Shown here piece after piece: positions 1-11,887 of a stretch of DNA of 64,000 nt (its first letter is position 1; each line of letters starts with the position of its first letter). A program made the translations under genes and the position numbers. The DNA comes from Klebsormidium nitens (taxonomy: Eukaryota > Plantae > Klebsormidiophyceae), in assembly GCA_000708835.1 (NCBI GenBank), contig DF237289.1:35816-99815 (forward strand), in the 5' to 3' direction. The notes under the pieces were generated by a model. It was given only the letters and a program-made list of their open reading frames with translations, had not been told where the DNA came from and did not search any database.

Positions 1-351
1 CACGTTTGGAAAGTACATAGTAAGACATACAGGTATTTCTTCAAGCCAGATTATCAAAAGAGGTCAGACAGCAAACTCGTCTGCCAGGCGGACCCCACGT
101 TGTGATACTGCTAAAGCTTGCGGCCTCGTTGTGAAGGAGGCGAGCTGGATTCTCAGCCAGCATTACTGGTTATGTTGATCCACAACAGGCATATGCCTGA
201 GAGGTTGATATGCAGGTTCACGACGGCAAGTCAATCTTTCATGCTGTGCACTTGAGATACTTCATATTGGACATAAGAAATACATCGGCACAAAGCGATA
301 CCTTTTATTCTATCAGGTTCCAACAGCAATTTGAGAACATATTTCCAGAAC

Positions 352-1930
352 TTAAGTACCAATTGACTCGTCAAAATTGTAGAAGGGTACCTTGATGAAC
401 CCTCCAGTGATACCAACGGCAATTGCCCAGAACACAAAGAAAATGATGAGTGCCTTGTCGAATCCTTTTTGGACTGCAAAAGTGTAGATGAGATTGTCAA
501 CTTCAGAATTTGACCAGATGCGAATAGGTACAGAAGAATGTTCAAAAACAGTTCTAGCTGGAAAGGGGCGACCCGCTTGCTCATTCGATATGATGCAGAG
601 ATGAGATACCAACAAGCAGGTGACTCTTTCCATCTCCTCTATGACAGATCCAAGTGAACAACGCTGCATGCTCGTCGACAAAGGAAAGAGCGTAGAAAAC
701 TCACGCTTCTCATTCCCTTCTGTGTTCACGATAAGCCACTCTCCCCAGGTAATCAACTTTTTCAACCACTCTGGTTGTTCCTCAAAGTTCCCCGCTGTCC
801 CGTCCGGTTCCCCAAAAAGCTCAGCCTCCCGGGCTTTTAGTTCCTCTCGTCGAAGATCATCCTGCATGTGGTGTGGTTGACTTGACAAGAAATACCATCA
901 CATGCGAGCTGCGATCCCAATTTTGAAGGAAACATGCTGTTTCTTATGAACACTTGAAGTGGTGGTATTAAAGCTGCAACATAGTGGCTTCAGACAGGGT
1001 GGACAACCCCAACTTGATTGGACGCACACCACCAGAATCACAACAAGGAAGGGAAAGCTTGAGTTCTGGCTTCCTGGCAGCCGTAACAGGGACAGACCTG
1101 CCAGGACAACCCCTTTTCCAGAGCAAACATGGCCTAGTAGACTTGTAGTAATGATGGCGCCGCTACCCAGCAGAAGCACCACATGGCCCCGGAACACTCA
1201 CGTTAGAGCTTCTCAGCAGCGATCACGCTGACAGAGCAGGCGTACATGCTAAGGAGGCTTGGCCCTGAAAGGTACCACTCCTCAATCACAGCTTGATTGG
1301 ACACACACCACCAGAACCCACAACCAGGTAGGAAAAGTTTAGAGTCTGGCTTTTCTCGCAGCAGTAACAGAGACAGATCTGCCAGGACAACATCGGACTA
1401 AGAGTCTTGTAGTGATTATGGGGCCCCCACCCAAGCCAGCGCACCACTTGGCCTCCAAGGCTTAGAGCTTCTCAGCAGCAATCACAGTGACATGATTGGG
1501 AATACTTGCTAAGCAGGCTTGGCTCTACTCAAATAAGGAATAATATGAGAAAACCTTCTTGCAATGAAAATTCCTGGCATAAAAGTCGTCCAACCCTGAC
1601 CTGCCGCTTCTCCTTTGCTTCTAAGAGCTTTGTTTGCTGCATCAGCTCCTGCTCCATGTCCAAATTGTTTGAGCTGTCCGCGGCAGTTGAGCCTTCACCA
1701 TCCCTGTCCCGTGCTCGGAGCACGCCATTTGCGGCCCCTGACTTTTTCCCCGTGAAGGGCCTGTTAAACTTGACTGCTTTCCTTCTTAATCGAGGGGGCT
1801 CCGCAAAGCTTCTAACACTCAGGGCCCATCTTTTGCAGGAGAATGATTCTGCCCTCATTTCAGACGCCAAGCTTGTTTGGAAAGACAACAGCACTTTCGA
1901 GGCTTGCGTGCACTGCGCTAGCCCCGCCAT
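352..1930 (-). CDS. Unknown ~200-aa, probably plastid-targeted protein with one C-terminal TM helix; exons 1930-1601, 861-705, 473-352
   Basis: GT-AG junctions are phase-compatible. The N-terminus is S/R/A-rich and transit-peptide-like, followed by a charged coiled stretch (ELMQQTKLLEAKEKRQDDLRREELKAREAELF) and a hydrophobic ALIIFFVFWAIAVGITGGFI near the C-terminus. Confidence 0.7.
1013..1485. repeat. Diverged direct duplication (~1013-1226 and ~1292-1485) inside an intron
   Basis: Both copies start CTTGATTGGAC(G/A)CACACCACCAGAA, share CTGCCAGGACAAC and end TTAGAGCTTCTCAGCAGC(G/A)ATCAC. Confidence 0.85.
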
Positions 1931-3003
1931 CTGCGGAAGAAAGTGCAAGATTACTTGCTGTCAAGGCCTTATAAATTTTCTGCAGAAATGCCTAGCACTC
2001 TCAAGCAGTGTTTTGTTTGATGCTTGGCCTGGGCCCCGTACGTCGCAGCAGCCCTGAGCTAGCCAATGGGAATGGCTGCACCAATGTTGGAAAGCTCCAC
2101 AATCTGGTCTGTACCGGTCTAACATCTGATTAATCTCAAACCCTCCAACGCAGAGTGATCGGGGGATGAGCACCGTCCGATTCGAACTTGGAACGCGGTG
2201 GTATTAGACTCATGGGTGTCGGCAAGTCGGTGAGTCCTACCGGCTAAAGTTGGTTAATAGCCCCAGCAATCAGGTTAATGTGGGCCAAAAGCACTCCCCC
2301 AGCTCGGCGCCATGCAGTCGCGTGCTCAGACGTGTCTGCTCTGAACACTGCGAAACGCTCCTCGTAAAATGAGATCTCGCGCGCTGAACGATTACTGAGC
2401 AAGTCAGCCAAGTGAATGAGAGTAGAATGCATTGGCATCTACCCGCGTCTACCAAGAGTGCGCGGGGTTTGCAAGCTTCAAGGTAGCGGAATTACGTGAA
2501 CCGATTGAGCTGCTTAGGATACTTTAGAACTTTGATCAACCTTGCTCGACAAGTCGAAGCTGCGATGGCAACGGCTTGCTGGTAGACAGTCTTCACGGAT
2601 TGGATGCGAGTCAATCTGCGTATCCTGTGAAACGCAGAAGGCAGCCCGAAGGCGGGTACCACCATCCTACCTTAATGAAATCTACTAGGTAGGTATGCAG
2701 CTAGCGTAGCCCAACCAGCAGCGGGCATGCCTGAAGCTGCAGACCTTGGAACTTTGAAACGCTGCATGCTGGCCCCTCCGAGAGCAACAACTCTGCGTTC
2801 GACGGTGACTGCGGCACTTGACAGCATCGATACAAAATCTTATCAATACATCCTCTCATCTCAATCTTCCAACAACACCACGAAGTTGAACGGTCGAACG
2901 GAAATTGACTGAAAACTTAGTATTGATGACTGAGAGGTCTACTAATGCCCTTCATATATGTTCGGTCCTTGTTTCCAACTGCTTCATCCGTTTTCTCCTT
3001 TTG

Positions 3004-3745
3004 GGCCGCTCGACTGGTGACTTCGAGGCCAGCGAAAAAGCTACCTGGAAGAGAAACCCTGTCTGGGACAGCCAAGAATACTGCTCAGACAACATGCGGA
3101 ACGCTTGCAGGTCCTGAATTTCCGGTAAGAGGTGGCGGCCGCAAGGGTGCGGTGGGCAGCCTGGTGGCCATGCCACAACAGCCGGCATGCCGGGGCAGCC
3201 ATGTGTAGAGCGGCAGCCAGGACCACTCCGTCAGCTGGCATGGGACGCGCAGAAGATCAAGGAAACGGCAGGCAACGGCACGAAGCAGGTACCACGTTCA
3301 CGTCATAATTGTCGGTAAAAGGCAGAGCGTGTTTTGGTGCCGAACCGTGGCTCTAAAAACAACGAGTGCTCGTACAAGAAGGTGATCGTGGGGGTTCCAA
3401 AGTGGGCTTGACGAAGTGCTGCTAGCTTCCCATGCTGGCCATGCAACGAAGCGGGTGCAGTCGTTCGGGAGCATCTGATTCTATTCAAGTTGAGACAACT
3501 CTGCTCTTTGTAGCTTTGTTGCAGACTGCAGTGAGCAGACCATGCTCGTCGTCACGTTTACCGCTCTTTCAATCAATGCGCGCGGCCACCTTAATTTCTG
3601 CAACCTTTGGGCGGGGCGACGAGGTACTGCCCTCCCGTCCGGGGGCCGATCAAGGCGGGTACGTGCGACACATGTGCGCACCGGGTGGCCGCTTTGACGT
3701 TTGCAGCCGAGAGGGCGATCAACGTCTGCGCCGCACAGGTCAGCT
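3004..3745 (+). pseudogene. Decayed copy of exons 5-6 and adjacent introns of the WD40/coiled-coil gene (source ~19390-20060)
   Basis: GCAGCCTGGTGGCCATG, GGGACGCGCAG, CAAGGCGGGTACGTGCG and GGCGATCAAC match the source. TGG has become TAG in CATGTGTAGAGC, there are indels, and the exon-5 donor is lost. Confidence 0.85.
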
Positions 3746-4777
3746 CCAGGACGGCCTAGCCAGTGGACTTGTGTGCGGTGCTTTCGCAGCCCAAAACGAA
3801 GTAAAGATTGCAGACAACTTTCTCGTACGAGCTTGGGTTGAAAAATCATTGAACATAGTAACATGGCGCCTGATTTAGTATCAAAGTCGTTTGATGCTGG
3901 ACCTCGACGACGTCTACACCACGAATGGAAGAACGTAAAGACAGAACCGTAAAGTTCAAGATACTCAAGGAGGGGTCTCGAGAGCCCGAAGAAAGTTCGG
4001 GGAAACGGACTTAACCAGGTAGCCAAATTCGCACGAGGCATCCCCAAGCTTCCGTTCTGACACCCCTTCTGTTGTGTCTGCACAATCTTGTCAAGGTCGC
4101 TGAGATAGTCGAACCTGCCATCAGCCCCACCAGGCCTACTCGGTATTCTCTGGAAAATCTGCTACTGTAGCTACTGAGCTAAGTGAGCGGCCCCCTAACA
4201 TAAGGCATGTATACCTGAGTTCCGGACGCTACTGCACACTGCATGTTCTGACACAAACCTTAACCATTTTCAAGTCGAAGGCCGGCCAAAATCACTTATC
4301 ATTTCTGAAAGTCTTGCCAGCTCATGAGACTTGTTTTTGTTGAGGGAGCACCTAATGTCTGAGACGGCCCGGCCTTACTAGTACTGGAGACTTGGGTTCA
4401 AACGGCTCCTACGTGAGCGGTCAAGGGCGCTGACATGTCGTCAAGTGGCCCTTGACGTACAGTATATTGCAAGGCAAGTGATTGGAAAGCCTTGAACCTA
4501 GCGGGCGCGCACACACATACAATCTGCTAAGTCGTGCCGGACGCCGAATGCGGAACGTTCCATCTATCATCGATGCGCATGGAAATGAGTATATCAAAAG
4601 TGCGCAACTCTTAAATTAGCCGCTTTTAAAGCCATGTGTGTGTCCACCTTGAGACGGACCCAATTGAGACAGGTTGTGCGAACGGAAACAATCTCTTACA
4701 GTATATTCGCTAGGCAGGTGAACGGGACGGGACGAGGACGAACAGGGTGCGAACTCATCCGTACAATGAAACAGCGG

Positions 4778-7700
4778 CTAGAAGGATGAGCCGGCGGGGG
4801 TCAGGCGCCCCATCGACTCGTCTCCACTGTTTGGTCGATTTCCCTTCCAATAAGTAGGTGCCTGGCTGCCCGTTATCCGTACGTTCAAGCCGAACTGACG
4901 TGCAAGGATCCAGTCTCGGCACAGCAGTGGTAACACGTGGCTAACTATGAAGAGGGTCAAAGAATGTTGGCCAAAGAACCAGTGCCGGGGGGGCTTAGGC
5001 TTCAGAAGGGTCGCCGCGGCCTGCAGCGGGACAATGAAGAATAGGATTGACAGTTGCCGACGCCACATTGAATCACCGATGAACTTCAAAAAGAAAAAGT
5101 AGATTTTTGAAGATACGTTCCGAAAATTGATTTATGACTTGGAGTATGTTCGAATGTAAAGACGAAATTCTTTACGGTCAGCACATGCTTACTCGACAGT
5201 TCTAGACTCTCTGTGCATAACTGACTCTACCCGTTGCAAGACGACTTGTCATCGGACCGGTTTGGAGCAAGAGGACAACTCCCCAGGTTATTTACGCAGA
5301 TCCTTTCAAGTCGGAGTTACGCCGCATTTCTCGAACAGGTCCCAACCTTCAACCTCGCGGTCCTACTCCCGCTCAGTCGACCCAACGTCTCACCTTTTCG
5401 GCGAAGACATTTGCCGGCGTCGCGCCTCGCTTGTGCGCGAACACGGCTTTTGTCCGGATTGCCTCCTCGAACGGCGCAAAGTGGCCGTTTCGATTGAGGT
5501 GCTGGCGGCTGGCGTTGTTCTGCCCAAGGTTAGTCTCGACCACCCCCGGATTGATCAGGACCACGTCGACTCCAAACGGCTTCATCTCGAGGCGCATGCT
5601 GTCGCTCAGGGACTGGATCGCGGCCTTACTCGCGCAATATGCGGCGGTCTGCGCACAAAAGCCATGACGTCAGCATAGCGGTGGGAAAGCCGTCTGCGCT
5701 TAACGCCGTGGCCCATTGTCTCAACGGCTCGGTAAGAGATGATCTGTCGATAAACGTGATGTGCACAGAGTGCTTGGCAGCGGTCTTGTCAGCAGCGCAG
5801 CATGCGGTATTCGAGTCTAACCAGGGCCGTGACGTCAGCGGTGCGGTAAGGTGCACCTAGTCCCGGTACCGTGACAACCACAGTGCGGGTCTGCCCGCAA
5901 AAGCCGCAATGTCCGGAGTGCATCACGTGGCGCTCTGCGACGTACAACAAACGTCGTGGCAGCAGAGAACTCGGCGCTCGATGCACGAAGGCTGTAATGT
6001 CAGTATCTCCATGCGAGGCTGGCGGGATTCGCCGTAGACGTAATCTTCACAAGAACGGCAGCAGATCTTAAGAAGATTCTTGCTTGAAGCAGTCTTATTG
6101 CCATACCTGTAGCGCTCTAACACAGCCAAGGCCGCCCAACGGTTCTGCTGGACAAGTCAAGAAGTTAGCATTGATTACTTCGCAGCGGCAAGCCTGATGA
6201 GACCTCCGGCTTCCAGACGGATGCGGTCTCTCCGTTTGCTTTCGCTCGAAACGACGCAAGGGTCATTGTGTCCAACACTTTTCCAACAAGAAAGTTCGAG
6301 GTTGCACGAGATAATCCCAGAAGTATTGGGTAGCTCCAGCTCTCAAATCCGGGTCGAGCTACAATCGTTTTCCTCTGGTCCCGATTCTTTAGTTTCTAAA
6401 GGGTGCAAGTTCACGATCTCGAGCCAGAGGACCATACTGTAAGGGGCGTGCACGTCTACAGGAGCCTGCGTGCTCGAACCCGAGCTTTGCTGCCCGCACT
6501 CCCCATAAAGCGCTGACTATTCGGATCCCCAGCAAGTCAGCTTCGCTGACAAACCGCGCTAGGTAAAGTCCCTCCGTGATTGGACGGTAGGAAAAGACGA
6601 AGAAGAGAGTGGAAGTCCGCGTCGGGCAGAAAGTTAAGTAGGCACTCCAGAATTTTCAGCCAGATTGTAAGCCAGAATCCACACATCCGGAAATTATGGC
6701 GCAACTCTGACTTGAAGAAGTGGTGCGGTGAGGAAAGCATCACTCCTCAAACGGGCATCCTTGGGGAGTCTGCAATCGTGGTTGTGTCCTTGAACCCTTT
6801 TGTTTCAGCACTTTCACGAAGAAATCAATGATGCGACCAATTTATGCAATTTGATTCAGAATCCTGAAAAGTGAGAGTCGCTGAAGATATCTGGCCTGGC
6901 AGGCCCTTCGTGAGGGGTCGCAGAATCACGTCATCATCTGAAGGGTACGAGCAATATAAACGTCCGGTCTCCTCGGATTTGCGTGATATCTGGAAAAGAG
7001 AGACAGCTCAAAACTGTCTCTTCTGACAGCCCGCACTTCTTCAGCCCTTGGATAAGTATATTCAAATAGGCTCCTGGATCTGACGCTGAAAGTTTGCACA
7101 ATCTGCAATGGAGACTTGTGACCACAAACTGGAGAGCCAGGTGGCAAGAAGGTGATCCTCACCCAGGGGGTGGCCATCCATCCAACAATGCTGCCAATAT
7201 TGGCAATCGTGCCCCCCCCCTGCTTCGCCATAATTGGAAAGACGGCCTGGCTGACAGCGACTGTCCCGTACACATTGGTCTCAAACAGCTGGCGCATGGC
7301 CTCCATTGGGAGGTCCATCAGAGGGCCGACGGCGCCGACGCCCGCGTTGTTGACCTGCAAAGCGGAGTGATTCAGCCAGAGGTCGTGCGCTTTCTGTGGC
7401 TCTGTGCCAATGTTGTAGGAAGATGAGTGCAGACTGTAATGGAAGTTTTGCATTGCTTTTCAGCCACCACCAAGCCCTCAGTGCAGCAGGCTTCCTTGGA
7501 GAGAGAAAGACCTTGGAGGCACGAGCAACTGAAGCACCGATGGAACTAGTGTGCGCCGAGCGCCTAAACCTGACCGGTCAACGTTGAAACCCTTTCGCTC
7601 GACTAAGCAACGCCCTTTCCCCTCAGATTGTCATAAAAGCGCTGTCACTGAAGATGCAACGGTTCTGACAGTGTCTTTTCCCTCCTCCTTGAGACAAGGT

Positions 7701-8280
7701 CACTTGTTACTTGTCAAATGTGAAGAATGTCGAAAGCTTGCATCAAGAAAGAAAAGGGTGTCCGGTAGAACAAGGGAGGAAATCAACCCAGAGAAGACAT
7801 TCAGTTCGTGTCCTCCACGCAGAATCCTACTTAATGCAAAGTCAAAAGACACCACGAACATCACATCTACGACATCAAGTCCATCATGCACCAGCCCCCA
7901 TGGGCAGATTCAAAAGCTCCACCATATCAAGGACCTCTTCTCAGTTTTGAACTTTGATCTCGCAAGGAGACTCTTCTAAAAGCTGCACTCTCAGTGACAT
8001 CATATTTCGCACTCGAAGCTCCCTGCTCACGCTCCCTCACCAGAATATCCACCCTGCCCGCTTTTGCCACCACCGTCTCCACACAGTCCCTTATGGACGC
8101 CTCCTCACACACGTCCAGCTGTACCACACAGCACCCAAGCGCCTCCAACTTCGTCATACTCTCCAGCCGCCGCGCGGTGGCAAAGACACGGCACCCCCGC
8201 TTGAGCAGGGCCTCGCACAAAGCCGCCCCGATACCCCCCTCAGAGCAGCCTGTCACAAGCGCCACCTTGGGGCCGTCCAT
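4778..8280 (-). CDS. Classical short-chain dehydrogenase/reductase (Ayr1/17-beta-HSD-like), ~309 aa; exons 8280-8041, 7354-7163, 5648-5394, 5020-4778
   Basis: Has the TGCSEGGIG Rossmann motif, VNNAG, NIGS, catalytic YCASK and INPGVVETNL. All introns are phase-0 GT-AG. Confidence 0.93.
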
Positions 8281-10348
8281 ACTACACCAGCTCGGACTCT
8301 GACTCACCTCTGGATTCAAAGTGGTGCACAGCTACTTCGGTCTAGCTTGAATCCTTCTATTGCATCTCGCTAAACCGCCCTCTATTGAAGAATCCACCTT
8401 GAATCTGAACCCCTTGAATCACTTTGACAGTAAGATGATATTGTCAACATCTCAGGGGTGATAGCGCGCTGGCAAGCTACCCGCATTGCCTCTGGCAGGC
8501 CGAATTCGCGAAGCCTGAGCTGGTGGCAGGTCGAGCTCAACTCGAGCCTAGCTGGCGCCGCATATGACAGGTTCCGGAGAATAGGGAGCCAGTACTCCTA
8601 CTAGGAGAATCTCCTTACAGTGACAAATCCAGGGGGACTCCAACGAACCACGACGACTTCTTGGGAGTGCGTGCAGGGATGGCTCTGCCGAGAAAGGTGA
8701 TCACGTGCAGCACGCTGGTGCGGCCCGCTCGTACTAGCTACCATCATTTCGCTGTTCAGATTTCCAGTAAAAGTCGACAACGTTGACCACTGCGGTAAGC
8801 GGCGGCGACCGGACACCGTACCTATCGTCGGAATCGAGCGATAGCGTATGGAACCGATCACCAGGGAACGGTACCAGCCTCAGCCTCTCACAGTACCTAC
8901 TAGCTTGTGCTGCTTCATACTACAGTACCTAGTGTTATAACAGACGAACAACCAGACTCCGGAGCGTACGGCCGGTACGCGGTCGGTGCAACGACGGACG
9001 ACGGCCGGGGGCGTCAAGGAGTGCGTCGCGCTTCGCGGCGAAACCGGAGGGTCCGTTGGAAAGCCAATCATTCGCCGGGAACTCCCACATTACCGGTATA
9101 GCCATACCCTAATGTACATTGTACAGTGCCTTGAAGTGAGTACTGCCCGGACTACGTACGGCCAGTAGCTGGACTTGGGACGAGCCTTGATTCACGCGAC
9201 TCGTGTCATTAGCATGTACCGGCTATTTTTCTTGAGCTACACGCACCAAATGAACCAGATGAAAACATTTGAGTACTCATTCTACATCTAGCCCTCAGTA
9301 TTAAGGGTGTCACTAAACAGATAGACGTGTCCGTAGAATCGTCGACACGCATTTGGGACCACTAGTAGGTAGTTGCATAAGTACTGCTTGATGACTGGGC
9401 TCTGCTAATCTGAAATCGTCAAAGTGCCCTTCATTAAATGCCTTACACTGAAAGTAGAAAGAACAGGCGAGTGCTTTTGTCTGCAAACTGAGGCAACCTA
9501 CTCATCGCACTCAGCACTCTGCAATGGTAACTCCAATGCCGCGCCTCCGTTTATGGTACATTAAAAAATATGTTTAAACGGTAGGTATTGCACATTCCAA
9601 TTGCACGCATAATTACGACCGGCACTGGCTTGTAGTAGATAACGGGACACCACAGCGCGTTGAGACCCTCCTAGAGGGTCCGACATCTATGACAGGACCT
9701 ACCTCATGGTGAGGGGTACCACTGTATACGGTATGCTGCCAAGCTGCACATAACTCATCATGAAGATAGGTACCAGACGACCAGACGAGTTAGGCGGTTA
9801 TTTTCACGGCACTGTATTGCAGGACGCTGATTCTAAACTTTAGCAGTGGTACCAGGCACTGGTATTGAGAAATGGCCCCGAAAGGATAATTCGCCTAGCT
9901 GGCGGAATTGGACCCTGCCAGTGGCATTTTATTCTTTCCGTGCCTCAGATCAATTTCTAAGTGAGTGATTCTCATTTTCTGATGTTTCTATACCAGCGAA
10001 TAATTTTCCTGATCATATGTTTACTATAAATGATGATTGCCCCGTAATGCGTCGCCCTGTGATCGTCAGGATTTATAGCTCTTCTGACCACTTTTCCTTT
10101 TGAAAGTGCACAGGCTCTGTCCCCTGTGAGAGCTTGCCCTAAGCAACTGGCTAGTTTACGTTTGCCAGGCTGACGGTAACTCTTCCAAGCCGCATCAAAT
10201 GCAAGCGCCGTTAGCGCCGTTCATGATCCTAATACCAGTTGAGTGCACGTTCTCTCACTCATAAGCTGGGCCAAATAGTTGCCACTCTCAATTCCACTTG
10301 CCAGCACAAGACTGTGAGCACGTTCCTCACGGCAACTCGATGACGCAG

Positions 10349-10960
10349 GTGATTCCAACGGGCACCAACGGGGGCGTATGCCCTCTGGGCACCGCCGCCA
10401 GCGCGGCCGGAGGGCTTTTTATTGGCGTCATCTTCCACGCCGTTGGGTTGTAACCACTTGAGCGTCCGAAGCTGAAGGAACAGCGGTGCAGTGGCGGGCG
10501 CTTCCTCTGGCGGCTTTGGCGGAACTGGTCGGGAGCCTCGTGGACAGCCTGATGGGCGTCAGGTTGCAGTACAGCGGGTTGGACGCCAAGCTTGGGGAGG
10601 TGCGTTTGATCTTTCGGAGCGAGTGTGCCCCGGGACTGCGAATTCAGGCTGACTTTTGGCTGGCACTTGTCAAAAGAATTGCCTTTCTTCTGCTGATATG
10701 TACATGAGTAGTCACAGCTTCGGCACAAAAGGAATCCGATTATTTGGAGACTAATTCAAAATTCCTTGAACCAAATTAAATTCTGCGCTATAGCTCTTGG
10801 TCTAAGTATGATAGAAAGCAGTCGACATATGACTCGAGCATCTGCCGTCTCAGGTGGTGCAACACCCGGGCTGCACGTGCTCAATAATGAGGGCATTAAC
10901 TTCGTGGCTTCGGAAGCCACTGCCGCGCTGACTGCAGGCGCATCGGTGCTGATCTTCTGA
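10349..10960 (+). pseudogene. Decayed 3' fragment of a PGR/TMEM19 (DUF92) membrane-protein gene
   Basis: Reads GTNGGVCPLGTAASAAGGLFIG...LVGSLVDSLMGVRLQYSG...VLNNEGINFVA...SVLIF*, matching the PGR C-terminus. There is an in-frame TAA at 10451, a frameshift before VQWRALP and a frameshifting deletion in the last exon. No upstream exons were found. Confidence 0.8.
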
Positions 10961-11887
10961 GATAGACATCTTTACAGGAATCGTTGATGGATGGCGAGGT
11001 GCTAACCGTAACATTGGTGGCCCCATAGCTCAAGGATCATGCAATCCCATGCTATGGTGAGTTATCGGGTGCATCTAGGATGCTGTGTGATCAAAGGAAA
11101 TTTCATGCGCGCTCCATCCGCATGGAAACGAGCACCTTGCGCATCGGGAGGCCGTATTCTGTTTGGACCCGTTTCCGACGACGGAGGACCTATGCATGGC
11201 AGGTGTTTGCGTCAACGGGTTCGACTCAACTCGAAGAGCATAGTGCACCTCAGAAGAGGACAATGGTACAGGTATTGTCGAAAGACACCGTTCCCAACCG
11301 CAAGCCATGTTTCCGCGACAGCAGATTGTGCTGTCAAGCTTGAGACATGCGCGCGAGGCTGGAGACACGCTATAAATGTCCAACATGGGGAGAACACGGT
11401 CGGGATCCAAGTCCGGTTGAGGCTTCGCCACCGAGCGCTGGGCATACATACCTTTTATCATGGATCACGGCAGTATCTACGCTGGGCTTAAACGGCCGCT
11501 CAGCTGGGCGAATACATAGAAAGCCGGCCGGCCCGGGTCCCGCAATCCATTCGCAATCGGACCAGAACCTCAACTGCTTCTCGTCTTGCTTCCGGTGAAG
11601 ATATTTCATTCTGTGCCATTGCACGCCAACCCAGATTCCAGGCCCTCAAACGCGGGACGAACAACAGGTGTTCAGAAGTGGCTCGGCGCTTTGATATCAA
11701 CGCTTGGATTAGGCGCGGGTAAGTCCATGCGACTTGGGGCTCTTGGACTTGAGATCCTATGAGGCACAAGACGGGGTCACAGAAGATTCCAGATTCTTCG
11801 CGTCAGAGCTTGCAAGCTTCTCCGTATAATTCTCAACAGACGACCTTAGTTTGTTGACCCAAACCCCACACAGGTTTGGGTGAAACT

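Noticed and set aside
2165-2255. Minus-strand GTTCGAATC B-box-like and TAGCCGGTAGG A-box-like motifs suggesting a tRNA
   Set aside because: No complementary acceptor stem and an imperfect T-stem. At most a tRNA/SINE remnant.
3481-4083. 200-aa minus-strand ORF
   Set aside because: Partly antisense to the decayed WD40 copy, with no recognisable motifs or splice support.
5660-6900. Several short ORFs in SDR intron 2
   Set aside because: No coherent exon chain or domain motif.
8540-10100. Possible transposon remnant (short repeats; VVNVVDFYWK-like frame)
   Set aside because: No termini, TSD or convincing transposase motif could be identified.
11075-11491. Overlapping 128-150-aa ORFs
   Set aside because: No homology cues; probably 3' flank of the convergent genes.
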